Assembly (NCBI GenBank): GCA_036172245.1
Contig: JAYWIR010000001.1
Span: forward strand, 6,882,001-6,946,000
Length of the DNA: 64,000 nucleotides
Reading direction: 5' to 3'
From: Raillietiella orientalis
Lineage: Eukaryota
How positions within the stretch are numbered: the first letter of the stretch is position 1; every line of letters begins with the position of its first letter. The translations under genes and the position numbers were made by a program. Of the stretch, positions 28,211 through 40,410 are shown piece after piece. The notes under the pieces were generated by a model. The model had not been told where the DNA came from, searched no databases, and saw nothing but the letters and a program-made list of their open reading frames with translations.

Positions 28211-31200
28211 TCAAAGCAAGTGACTCTCATTAACAGTAATGCTATCAGCCAGTCTCACAATATGTTGCTTCACCAGTTTGACTGCTTCACCAGCTTGTGG
28301 AATAATCAGACGATCAACATCCTCTGGTGTTTGAGTAAGCAACTTGCTCCATGGCTCATATCGGAATGTAATTAGTTCTGGAAAGCGTTTGCGAGATGTA
28401 ATCCTCACAATGGAAGTCAGTGATCGTCGGGCCACAATATAAGCCATGCCTTTTTTGTCGGGTACATTTCTCAACAGGAACAGATGAGAACATGTCAAAA
28501 GCAAATGACTGGAGAGAAATGATACACATGCTAGTATAATTGCTTACCCATCTTGAATGGATTTATCCTTGCACACTAATTTGCATTCAAAAGATGCTAC
28601 AACATCTGGTTTTTTAAGCCATGTCTCTAATGATACCAGATCATGCTGTTCATTATCACTGTTTTCGGTGTAATGTCTGTCTGCAGAAAAAAGATAAGAC
28701 AACTAACGGTACAATCATGCAGAAGACTAATCCAAAAGTTAGAATCTCACCATTTTCATCATTGATAGAGAAAACATTAGTGACTCCACGATAGCAATGG
28801 CCTGATCGATCTTTTTTGCTCACATGGTGATCCGTACTCCCAGTAGCTATAGTTGTCAAGCTGCTAGCAGCAATCAGATCTGCAAGTTTGTGACGCATAA
28901 AAGCAGATTTGGATCTCATTGCACTAAAAGCTCATATGGCCTATTTTTACTCCTTTCTGTTGATAGTACCTCAATGTGCCATGCAAAAATGAACTGCTGT
29001 ATGCTGTTGATTCATGTACTTCACAGTCAGTACCCTCAGGTGTGCAGTAAAAGCACTGTGTGACATTATGATCTGCTAGCCCTACCCATTCTTTATCTTT
29101 CAGCAAGTTATGCAAACCTATAATTATCACATTTGTTGCACACCACTAATAAAATTCACATACCTATGTAACCACCAAAAGCAAAGCTAACATACTTGCA
29201 AAATTTTTGCAAGAAGAAAGAGATCACCATATGAACATATTTATCTTCTTGCTCCTGGCCAGATCCCATGAAACACAAGTGTTCACCAGCTGCAGTTGAA
29301 CTCAATGCCAAAGCTTGGTGCTGTGCAGCTAGCAATGCTTGCACTGCAGTTGAAAAGGCAGAAGGCTCTTGTAACATCTATTTATTTGTTCAGAAAAAAA
29401 TTAAAGTTCACAAAATTAAAGACTTAACATACTAAAGTTGCATCCAGATGGAATGCAGTATTGAGGTGACCTGCATTGTACTGATCTGCTGGTCGACAAT
29501 CAACAACAAAGTAATGAACCGAACTTTTATTTTCTAAAAGGTCTTCAATCAACACTGGCAAGCATAACATATTCTTTACTTCATCATAATCTTTCAACAT
29601 AATGGGGGTGTATAAACACCGAAAAACCTATGGCAAAAATTTTCAAGGCAACACAAGCTTATTTGTTGAAAGTACTAAGCAAAAACCTTTGCAAATGATG
29701 CTGGTGTTTCAGAAGAATAGTGTATGGCCAAAGAAATGAAATCCTGCAAGTCATCTAATTCAAGAACTGCTGGTACATACTCAATAGAAGATGCTATCTT
29801 TTGTTGCTCTGCATCCTTTAAAGATAAAATCTGTTCTCTAAAATAAAAATAAAATTTACCACTAAATAAGCTTCTGCAAAGTTCTCACATGGGAGTGACA
29901 TTTTTTCCCACAGAAATAAAACTTCCTTTAAAAATATTTATGATCCGATAAAATCATCAGATGAAAACCAAATTCTTAAACAATTGCTTTGCTAAAAAAA
30001 TGTAGCCGGATTTTTAAAGCAGTGACTTTTGAAATCTAATAAATACATCTGTGTGAAAACCAAAAACATGCACAATTCATTGTCCAAATGGACAAACAAT
30101 CATAACACATGAAACCAGACTAAACAAAAACACATCTTCAAAATAGTCTATGAATCACAAAAACTTATTTTTTATTTATTTCTCTAAAAACTTATTTTTA
30201 CAAAGATAAAAGGATTTTCGAAGCATACGATTAACTGCGGATACAATGCACTGCTAAAATCTGTCTACTTAAACAGTATGGGATGAATATGGAAATGACA
30301 AAAATGAAATTTATACCATAGACAAGAAAGTTTATTTGCACAAGAATTTTAACTCTAACACATGATACTGGTAATTTTGACACACAATTCTGTTGGGAAA
30401 CTGCGTTTGCCTTATGGTCGTGATGTTTTTCAAAAAAAACGAATATTTCCAAACATCTACACTCATCGGATGCAAGAATTCAGAACTGTTTTGCATAAAC
30501 TACAAATACATACGTACAGAAGGAAATTCTATATGCATAACAAGCATTTATAGAAAAATTTCGAAATAGATGGGGTTGAGTCTATCATGATTTACTCAAT
30601 TTAATTTACTTTTGCATTTAAAAATCATCATACTGTATTGTAATCTATGGATGGCTACAGGGGATAATTACAAGTGAAAGCATTCAATAAATGATGGTTG
30701 CATGCCAAGCAATGCATGGAAAAGGCAAACTAAGAATTCTCACGAAGGCACCAGAAGCCATTAACCACCTACATGAACCAAAGATTCGTTTTCTCAATCA
30801 TCTTCAAAGGACTGATTAGATACTTTAAATTTTCATCTGCACTACTGTGCAAAAGCAAAAAAATATGCCTGCATTTGTCTTCAACTTTCCAAGCGTTTTG
30901 TTGTTTTCGGTTTTTTTTTTTCCTCACATCTCTAAAGCATTTAAAGCACCTTTACACACAAAAAAATGAGTAACAGCATTCTACTATCATGTAAGATGTT
31001 TCAATAATATTCAACCTCTTCTTTTTCAACCCTTTGTTTTTTCTAATCTGAATAAACATTAGTTTCCTGCCTTTGAGTCCCACATATTCCCAACCAATGT
31101 AACTCACATAGACATGTACATTTATCTATAAAGTTTTCCTCCTTATAAGTCTCTGTATTTTGATTTTCCTCAAAATTAAATGTGTACCATTCAATATGCT

Positions 31201-33976
31201 GATCTACAAAACAGGAACTCAAAGCTTTCATCTTAATAAATAAGCATAATTAGTTTAAAATGTGCTTTTCATGTAATTAAAATTAAGCTCTGATTAGTAA
31301 CATTAATTTTCTGTGTTGACTGTGCTGGGATTGAGAAAGTTTTCATTGGTTCTTTGCTATTTTCAGCATGTTCTGTTCCCCACAGTATAATCCACATAAT
31401 TTGCTGTGAAATTTTGCAATATAACAAAAAGTCTGATTGCTCTATTACTAGTAGTCTAAAAATTTCCCCACCTCCATTAGATACGGAGTAACAATAAAAA
31501 TCAAAGGCAATTCCCTATGCTCTGTTTGTTCTATCATTCGAAAATATGAGAATATCCACTGACAATTTGAAAAACTCTTTCTAACAAACCTCTGCTCATT
31601 GCTTCTAGAAGTTTTATGATTGCTTCACATGAACATGAAGTACTATCTGAAATTCTACCAGAAGAAATACTGGCCCACAAACTTCAATCCAAATTAATAG
31701 CAGTTTATGCATCAAGATTTTGTCTTATGTCTTATGTCACTCTCTAACTCATAAAACAAACTAATTTACTACATTGTTTGCTGAAAGACAACTGATACAA
31801 CTTTGTTTTCCAGAAAAATAATGAAATGTCAAATCAATATATCAAAAACCTTACCAAGTGAAAAAAATTTATAGCTATTTGTTGAAAGAACATTTTGCAT
31901 TGTATAGCCATTCAATGAAAGATTACTGGTTACCTTAGAGTATGATATTGCAAAACTTGTCAAAGAGCTCATAAAATGAATTTATATTTTCGTGCTATTT
32001 GACAAGAGATACATAGGATATTCAAAAGAAATGGATGATCTCCAACAGGATGACGAGAATTCTTATGCAGACCTATGCATAAGAAAATGAAATCGAAATC
32101 TTCACTATGAAATCCGTGATAAGTCAATGATAAATGAAGATTATCAAAAAGTGGTAAAAAAACTGGTTAGCAAAACACCAAAGATAGAGTCTGTCTTTAA
32201 GAAAACCTACTGGAAAAACAAAACTAAAGTAGGCATTCATTCTTCCGAAAATATCTGCCTTAATTATTTGTAAATATACCATTGGTAAAATTGAAGTTGT
32301 TTGAAATGGAAACATGCATTTTAAAAATTGGACAGAAAATGACAACATGAACAGAAATGCATATGGACAAAACATAAAAGAATGAAAATGACTTTACATA
32401 AGGAAATGTGTTGTAACAACAAATGAGCACATCAAACACAATGGTAATTTCAATTAGTCTTTAAAAAAAAAATCTCAGAGAAACAGTCTGAAGATTTTAC
32501 ATCACTTGTATCACATATACATTTCATTAATATCACATACCTTGCATTGACAACAATCACTAATGCCATAAAAAATATGAGAAACGCATCTTGCAAGCTG
32601 AAATATGCATCCCAAAGAGCCAATGTAATAGGAAAACTGCAGATACCAGCAAACAACGTCTTGAACTGAAGAAATCAAAGAGTACACTGAAAATGTCTTG
32701 AACTAAACACACTGAAAGCAAAAATGCTAAGAAATTAATATAGAATGCGATGTTTCAAAAATAGAACAAAAATATAATATTACCCAGCAGCTGGCATACA
32801 AATCAGGAGTAACCCTTTTTGTATCCAAAAACGAACACAGTTCAGGATCATGGTACATTAAAAGCAGATGAAACACAGAATAAGTACAGTCATTCTTTTT
32901 TTGCATCCAATATCTGCAAAACATAATATCTCTGGGATAGGATCATGTAAAGAACACTAAAAAGTATAGACATTAGGAAATTTACAAACACATGCAGAAA
33001 ACCTCAGTCAAGTTTGTTCTTTTGTATACACATGGAAAATATGGAAATTACAATTTTTTTCGTTTGAAAACTTATAATAATTTCACTTGTCAATTTGAAA
33101 ACCCTACACAAAGTACGTCCTTCACATAAATTTGACTTTATCCTATAACAGTGTGTTACATCTCCCATTTTATGTGTATTGCTTTCCACCCAACATTTTG
33201 CCAAGCTACATTCACACTACAACTACTTGGAGTGCATAAAAAATCAAGAGCTTTCTCAGCAAACTAACCTGGATAGAAAGGTATCACAAATTGTTGAAAA
33301 ATATGTATACAAGACATTCTTTGGTAGTCTAAGGGCAACTAATGTCTGAAGAATTGATATCCATCCATTGTCACCAAGATACTCGTAGCTTCTTACTTTA
33401 CAAAAATGTGTCAAAACTGATTCAACATCTGATAATACCGATACTTTATCTCCTTCCTCATTCCCAAGATTACCTATGTGAAAAGAAAATAAATGTAAAA
33501 CAACTTTACGACTTACAGTGAATAAGACGATTTCTAAAATATCATTTACCAACAAGCTGTTGACAATCTTCCCTTAGTTTTTGCTGATTCGGCAGATCAT
33601 AAATTTCTTTAAAGTTTTCAAGATTATCATCTCCGTTAAACCTAAGATGGTGATCCCAAATTCTTACGTGAAACTGATGAGGCAATTCTTTTCTGTAACT
33701 AAGTTTCAATATTGATGCCGAATCACTTTCTAAAGCTTCTTCCAATTCTTTGAACCTAAAAGAGAATGCATTGTTCAAACACCTCATCCTACTTTAATGA
33801 AACGTTAGTTATACCTAAAGTGACAAATGGGAACTACTAGAATCCCACAATCTAACAACTTAAGTGTAAAACTGAAACTGCAGCACTTACCAACTGGACT
33901 CGTCAAATGCAAAATCATCAGGTGATCTTTCTAATAATGGACTTTCCGTTTCTATGCACAAACCCTCATTTTCCAT
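28211..33976 (-). CDS. TBC1D23: TBC1 domain family member 23 (TBC + rhodanese + C-terminal PH-like domain)
   Basis: Exons encode YDLPNQQKLREDCQQLV, FHLLLMYHDPELCSFLDTK, LWDAYF...FFMALVIVVNAR, rhodanese FVVDCRPADQYNAGHLNTAFHLD, and C-terminal SIVRITSRKRFPELITFRY...LIIPQAGEA, as in animal TBC1D23. ATG at 33976. Confidence 0.92.
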
Positions 33977-36200
33977 TGTGAATTCACATCACACTTAATT
34001 AAATGCAAATTTAATAACTACATTCTAGACGATCACACTGAATATGAACAATTCAATAGTCAACAAACTCTCCACAGTACACACTCGACAACCACATACG
34101 TATTCACACGAAAATTATCGCACGTGATAAATGCATCCGTATTCAGTCAGCAATTCGACTTACAGGAGTTCAATATTAAGTAGCAAATAGGTAAAGATGA
34201 ATATGCTTAGAAAATTCTAAATACCAGAACAAAAAGATATACCTTACATCTTTTATCCTTCAATAAAATCCATTCACCCAATCTTTAAAAATACATATTA
34301 TAATTAGCAAATGCTTTAGGAATATGGAAACAACCCTCGGATAATACAAACAAACTGTCCCCCCCCCCCAAAAAAAAAACATAACTAAAAATACACTTCC
34401 TCAAAACATGTTATCATAGTTTAAAGAAAAAGATTTCCATAACTCACCAAAAAAAAAAACAGAAACTGCAAAAGAAACTTTAGCAATAAACACAAATTCT
34501 CTAATAATCCAAAATAAGCCATGTCTTCTGATTTTCAAGGTCTTTATTAACGACCACGCAAACATAACAAACATTTTGCATACCGAAACCTACATTTTAA
34601 AAACACATCTAATCAATCTGATATATATAAATGATCTCCGCATCAGTAAACCTATAGCACAATCAGGTTAGCCAGCAAATTCTTTTTTAAACTTCCTCTA
34701 TACACTGTCTATATCTAGGTCTACACTGCAGAAAAAATGTTAACCATGATGTTTTCCTAATTAAGACAAGATTCATTATCTTGACAATTCCTACATTACA
34801 CTTCTGCTTTTCGCACGGAACTAAATCACGTCTCCCAAGAACCACCCGCCGATGCACGCAGGTCGAGAAGGCCGTTCCCAAGACATCGGCCCCACGGCTT
34901 CCCGTCGCCTCGCCACCCGAACCAGCAAACATCCCAGAACGCTTCCAAGCACACAAGCAGTCCTCGTCCAGCCACCCGGGCAGCACGCGCGGCGCCCAAC
35001 CTCTTTTGCCTTCCCTCGTTTCCGATGCGGTCGCTTTGCAGGAGCCGCAAGGGCCGCCGCCGCCGCCGCCTGCGGTCTTCGCACCGACAGCCGCGCGCCC
35101 TCCCAGCTGCAGAGTTCGGGCTCTCGCACACTTCCTTCTCCTCCGACCCGTTCCAGACGATCCTGCTTTCTCAGCCCCGGGCGAAAGTCGAGGCAGGAGC
35201 GTCTTCGGCCCGTTGAGGGCTTCGGAACCGCTCCCCCTTGTTGCGTCTCCTCCGGAGGAGACGTCAGCACGGCTCCGGCCTGCAGGCTAGGGCGTACGGT
35301 GAAAGGAGAGCCACGCCGAGACATCCGTCGCTGTCCGCCAAGCATCGGTCAGCAACAGCCCGGGAACGTCCGTCTTCAGCATGACCGGTCGGCCGGCTTG
35401 GGACGCCGCGTCTCCTGCTCGCACGCTGACGCGTCTTTCACGCCGCAGGAAGGCAACTTGGCACTGTGGACCGTTCGCACGTGGCTGAGCGGACGGCAAC
35501 CGTGCGGCAGGCAGCGAACCACCCGCAGCTCCGGGCGCGTTGCCTCGCACCGAGTGGGGTCGGCGAAACTTTCATCGCAGCGGCATTGCAGTCGGCATTG
35601 CAGGCGATCATCGGCGGCCCACTGGGAGCGTGGGATCCTGAAAACGACAACGTTGTACAATGCGTACGAATTCCGGAGAAGAAGCCGATCAGGCTACGGC
35701 AGCGGATGGTAGGCCACCTCCCTGCATCCGCTTCTCAAGTGGCATCCATGCAACAACACATGTAAGAAGGGAAAATGCAGCGCAACCGCGGAAGAAAGCA
35801 CCGAGGAACCGTGAAGAACACGGAGGAAACAGAAAGTGTTTCGTGAAAGATTCTGCAGAGCGCTTCCAGCAATACCGCAAATGGTCAATGCAAGTTGTTG
35901 GACTCGTAGGTCGGCGTCTGTCGTCAGGTGGGGCAGAAGGCGCGTCCGGAAACGTGCGTAACAAGAGGCAAGAAGTTGTCGGAACGATGGGGAAAGGGTG
36001 GTCGGCAGGTTTGGGAAACGCAGGAAGGGCGGGGGGTGTCGTCGGCAGCGGGCGCGAGAGGGCGATGCGTTTCAAGCTGGAGGGAGGGCGCGCGTCGTGT
36101 CCAGCGGGAAGGAAGTCGGCAGTTGGGCGAGAAGGGTTCGCGCGCGAGGCTGTTCGGCGAGCGACGTGTGGGAGCGCTGCGTGCGCTCCGTGGTTCGAGC

Positions 36201-38873
36201 ATGAAAGTGAAGATCAAACGTAAGTCTTTTTTTTCCTGCGGACAAATCGGTGGTGCGGGCACCTTGGGCCGTCGTGTTGCCGCGTGGTGTTTTCGTGTGT
36301 CCGTCGCAGCATTCGACGGAAGGTGTTTTTTTTTTTTTTCCTTCTTCTTTCGTTTTTGCCCTCGTTTCGGGCAGTGTGGCAAGCAGGCAGTTGGTGGGAT
36401 GTCGTGAAGCGTGCTGGATCCAAGCAGAAGGAAAGCAGCTTGGGGTGGTCAGTTTGCTAATGTTGCCCGTGTGGTTTTTCCGAGATGTGGCCGGCGGTTG
36501 GATTCGTTCGGCGTGGCACCGGCGGAACGAATGCTGCTCGCGGCTCGATGTGGTGGCAAAGCGCACGGCTGCTGCCGCACTGCAGATTCGGGGTGCTCCT
36601 TCTGCGGTGGAGGGGATGCATTGGGGGTAGTGGGAAATGTTGGGAACGGAAAGGAAAGCGATTCGGTCGTGGACACGCGAGGATGGGATGCAGGGTCCAG
36701 CGTGGCCGACGTGCGTAGGGGTTGGGATGCGTGTGGCAGGGATAGAGCCCGCAGGTAGGTAGGTGCAAGTCGGTTGTGGGGGTACCCGCCGATGGGGCGA
36801 GTGGAATTTGGGTGTGCATGGAAGGGTTACAGTCGGAGTCCGGGTTTGGGATCGATTTTTCTCCGTGCGAAGAAGGAGTGTGTTGTTAGGGTGGCCAGAA
36901 AGTCATTTTTGCAGAGGAGTGTGTTTGTGTATGGCCGGGTTGGGCGTTTGATGGATTCCGCAGTTGGTCGTGCGTGGTTGCGGCAGCGGTCAGGAGGCTG
37001 GGTGATCCCTGGTGGTGGTTTCGTGCCTGCTTGCTTGCTGACGTGCATCGAATTTCGAGGCGGTCCGTTGCATTTGGTTGTGGGCTGAAGACCCCGGAAG
37101 AAGCAGGTGGTTTTCTTTGATTTTTCTTTTTGCTTTGTTGTTTCACGTTTGTGTTTGTACGTTCGGTCTTCCTGTCGTGAAAATCCGGGGCAAGTAGGAT
37201 GGTATGCCAAGATGGGGACATGGGGGGGGGGGGGGTAGAGCGTTTGGATTGTGTGTTTTTGTGTGCATCATTCTCAAAGAGTGTGTGTTTGTTGCGTGAA
37301 AAGAAAGTGGGGGTGTGCTCGTCAGTTTGCCCAAAGGCGTGCCGTCAGAAAGTATGTAATTTCTGTGCATGCAGGTTATGCTGGTGTAGCAGTGTGGAAA
37401 TGGGTTGCTAACGATGACAATTGTGGTATATGCCGTACACCTTTTGATGGTTGCTGCAACGACTGCAAAATGCCTGGAGATGACTGCCCTTTAGGTACGT
37501 GTACTTGTTGTTTTGGGAGTGGGTGGTGCGATCACCTTTGGAGGGGAATTGTGCCAATGCAGGTAAAGTGCATGGGGAGTGTGTTGAGGTGCGTTGAATG
37601 GCTGCATGGGAGCAGCCTCTTGGAAGCAACTGGAGTTTCCACATCAGCTGCAAGGGGTGCTTGCATCCCATGCTGGTGGTTCTGTGGAATTTGTTGGTAA
37701 ATGAAGCTCCTGGTGAATGGAGTTTCAGTTATTGGAAAGCTAGTGCTGTATTTGTGTTGTGGCAATGCAGCATTGGCATGCTGCTCTCTGAAATGTGGAG
37801 GTGGTGAAGTGGCTGTGGCTGTGCCTGGGTTGAGCGTTGAAACGATTTGAAGGTGTGTTTTTGAGCATGGTTCCTGAATGCTCGAATGTGGGTGGAGGAG
37901 TGGGTTTGTGTTGAATGTGCCAACTTTGCACCAGTTGTTCAGGTGGGTGCATTTTGTTTGTTGTCTGCAAAAAGTATGCGTTTGGTCAGTGGTGGCTTCA
38001 GGTTGATGTTGGAAACTGTGTGTTTGCTGTGGATCAGCCAAATGCTTTTATCCAAGAATGTTTTGAGCAAGCGACAGTTTGAGGTTTGTGATTTTTGTGG
38101 AGATGATGGTGGAGGGAGGACACCAGGGTGTTGAGGATTGGCTACCCACAAAGACTTGGAATGTGTAGGAACATTTGTTTTCCAGGTTGGATGCTCGTTC
38201 CCGGATTGATTTTCTCCACAATATAAGGGTTTTTTTTTTCTTTTTTTTCTTTTTTTCGTTCTTGGCATTCAATTTGGACTAGTTAGGAAGGCAAGTGCGG
38301 TGCAAGTGGTCAGGGAGCAAGGTGTTTTTCATGCTAGTAGTATGCAGCAAGGATCGTGCCCTTGCAAGTGGTGTGGGGTCGAGGGTGGTTTTTGTAGTTT
38401 TGTGGAAGATGGATGGCTGCTGCTTGCCTTATTTTGGATTTGCAGTTGTAAGTCGATCGGAAAAAGTATGCACCGGTGGCTTCCAAGAGGATGTGGAATG
38501 CATTGGCTTGGTTGTTGTGCTGTTCCTTCCCAGAAAGGGAGTGAATGTGGATGAGGTGCGCTGTAATGCATGTTGAAGATGCGGTTTTGTTTGCAAGCTG
38601 GAAGTGTGCTTGGGAAGGATGGAAAAGCAGGAGGATGTGGTTTGGTTGCATGCCTGCATGTTTAGGTGAGCTCAATCTGCATGGTAAGAAAGTGTTGATG
38701 AAGCGTAATTGGGAGTGCGGGACTGGTTGCTTGAAAGTAAGTGTTGTATGCTTTCAGTGTGGGGCCAGTGCTCTCATTGTTTTCACATCCACTGCATAAT
38801 GAAATGGTTAAATTCGCAGCAAGTGCAGCAACCGTGCCCCATGTGCCGCCAGGAGTGGAAATTCAAAGAATAG
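36201..38873 (+). CDS. ANAPC11: Anaphase-promoting complex subunit 11, copy 2 (exons 36201-36219, 37375-37494, 38758-38873; 84 aa)
   Basis: Exons of 19+120+116 = 255 nt encode a complete RING-H2 APC11 with GT-AG introns. No coding difference from copy 1 was seen. Confidence 0.95.
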
Positions 38874-38933
38874 GATAGGATGTAGGATACGGTGCGTTGG
38901 AAGGGTGCTTGGAAAAATGCTGCTTTGCAGAGC

Positions 38934-40410
38934 ATGTCGGTCTTCGACCTTTGCGTGCCCGATGGTCTGAGGAGAGCTCTCGCTTCTTCCGCATTGTATT
39001 TGGCTGATGAGGACTGCGAGGAAACGGACTTTGCCGATGCTCCGAACCCCTTCGTTCCGTTGGATTTAAACGAAAAGCTTGCTGTTCTTCGCAAAGAGAT
39101 GGTAAGGTCCTTTCCCCCAATACATGGGCGTGGGATTGCAGTGTGGGTGCTTGGGCGCAATTCGCACAAGAACAACAAGAGTGATGGGAAATGGGCGAGT
39201 GGGAATTGCTTGCCAGGAGGTTGAATGGGATCATCTTGTGTTGCCGTTGGTTCCTGGTTGCCAGTTGTGCTTCGCCTGTATTGTGTGTTTCGTTTCTTCT
39301 GCAGTTCACGTGTTGTTGTTGTCGGTGCAGTTTGTCGCTCGGGTTTCCGAGCATGGAAGGTCAGATCGAATTGGACGTTTGCATGGCGCTTTTCGGATGC
39401 ACGCCCGTATCCCGTTTTCAGGATAAGCGAACCGAGAAAGGTGTCGTTCTCCGGCGACGGTGTTTGGGAATGGAGGTGTGAGCTGCGTGCGACGTGAAGG
39501 AGAGGAGCGAAGGAAGAAAGCTTCGGATGCGTTCGCATCACCTTTGGGGGAGTGTTGGGAAGTGCGCTGCTGGGAGGAGAAGGTGGGATTGCTCCGCGAG
39601 TGTCGCATGCATGCCGCTTGCCGTTGGTAAAGTCGTCGGACGAGGGTGGGTGTTTGGCCGTTGCTCGCAATGTGTGCACGCGGGCGAAGAAAGCAATCGG
39701 TGACAGGGTGGGGTGTTTGTACTGGTCCTGGATGCGGGGTGGTGGTTGTGCACGGCCTGTATCCCGGCACGGTTCGGATGTTCTTTCGGATGTTCCTTTT
39801 GATGGTGTGTGTTTGTAAGCATTTGGATTGTTTGGGATTTGCGCACGGTTTCGGTTGCGCGGGCGTGGATGGGTCACGAAGAGGATGGTGACAATCGGTG
39901 GCCGCTGCGTAAAGTGAAGGTGGACGTGGAAGTGGTTTGTCGAGGCGCGTGGTGAAGGAGCGAGGCGAGGTGCTGTCGACGGCTGCGCGTGTTCGCTGAA
40001 GATTGGGGCAGCCGATGATGGTGGTGGTCGTCAGCCAGGGCGTGCGAGGTGCGACCGTAACGTGTTCGCAGGGACGACCTGCTCGCCCGCGGTGGTTCGA
40101 GGCTTCGGTGTTGTCGGTGGAGCGTGGATGCGTTTCGAAAGTGTCCGGTGGCATGTTGGCGATCGATCGTGTGGTGTTTTGTTTTAAGGAAAGCCTGCGC
40201 CGTATGGACGTGGCATTACTGCAGCAGCTGTGTTACCTAAGTGAATCCATCGAGAACCTGCGAATGTGCATGGAGGAAGTGCACGTGTATGCCAAACGGA
40301 AGTGCAGTTTGGAGCCAGCTGAGGACGGTGATCCGCAGTATCATGCGTGGGACTTTTTGCATCCCCTCACTCGTACGAGCTCTTCGGACACGGTGACGAA
40401 TCGTTTGTGA
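38934..40410 (+). CDS. FAM89/LURAP-family protein, copy 2 (exons 38934-39101, 40189-40410; 129 aa)
   Basis: ATG 38934 lies 3 nt after a ttgcag acceptor. Donor gtaagg at 39102, acceptor ttttaag at 40188. Core LRKEM|ESLRRMDVALLQQL. AATAAA at 40705. Confidence 0.75.

Noticed and set aside
32015-32021. ATATCCT (AT-AC U12 donor-like) on the minus strand
   Set aside because: Lies inside the long TBC1D23 intron, not at a supported exon boundary.
38874-38933. Stop-codon readthrough fusing ANAPC11 to the FAM89-like ORF (they are in frame)
   Set aside because: A second in-frame TAG (38883-38885) follows the ANAPC11 stop, so double readthrough would be required.
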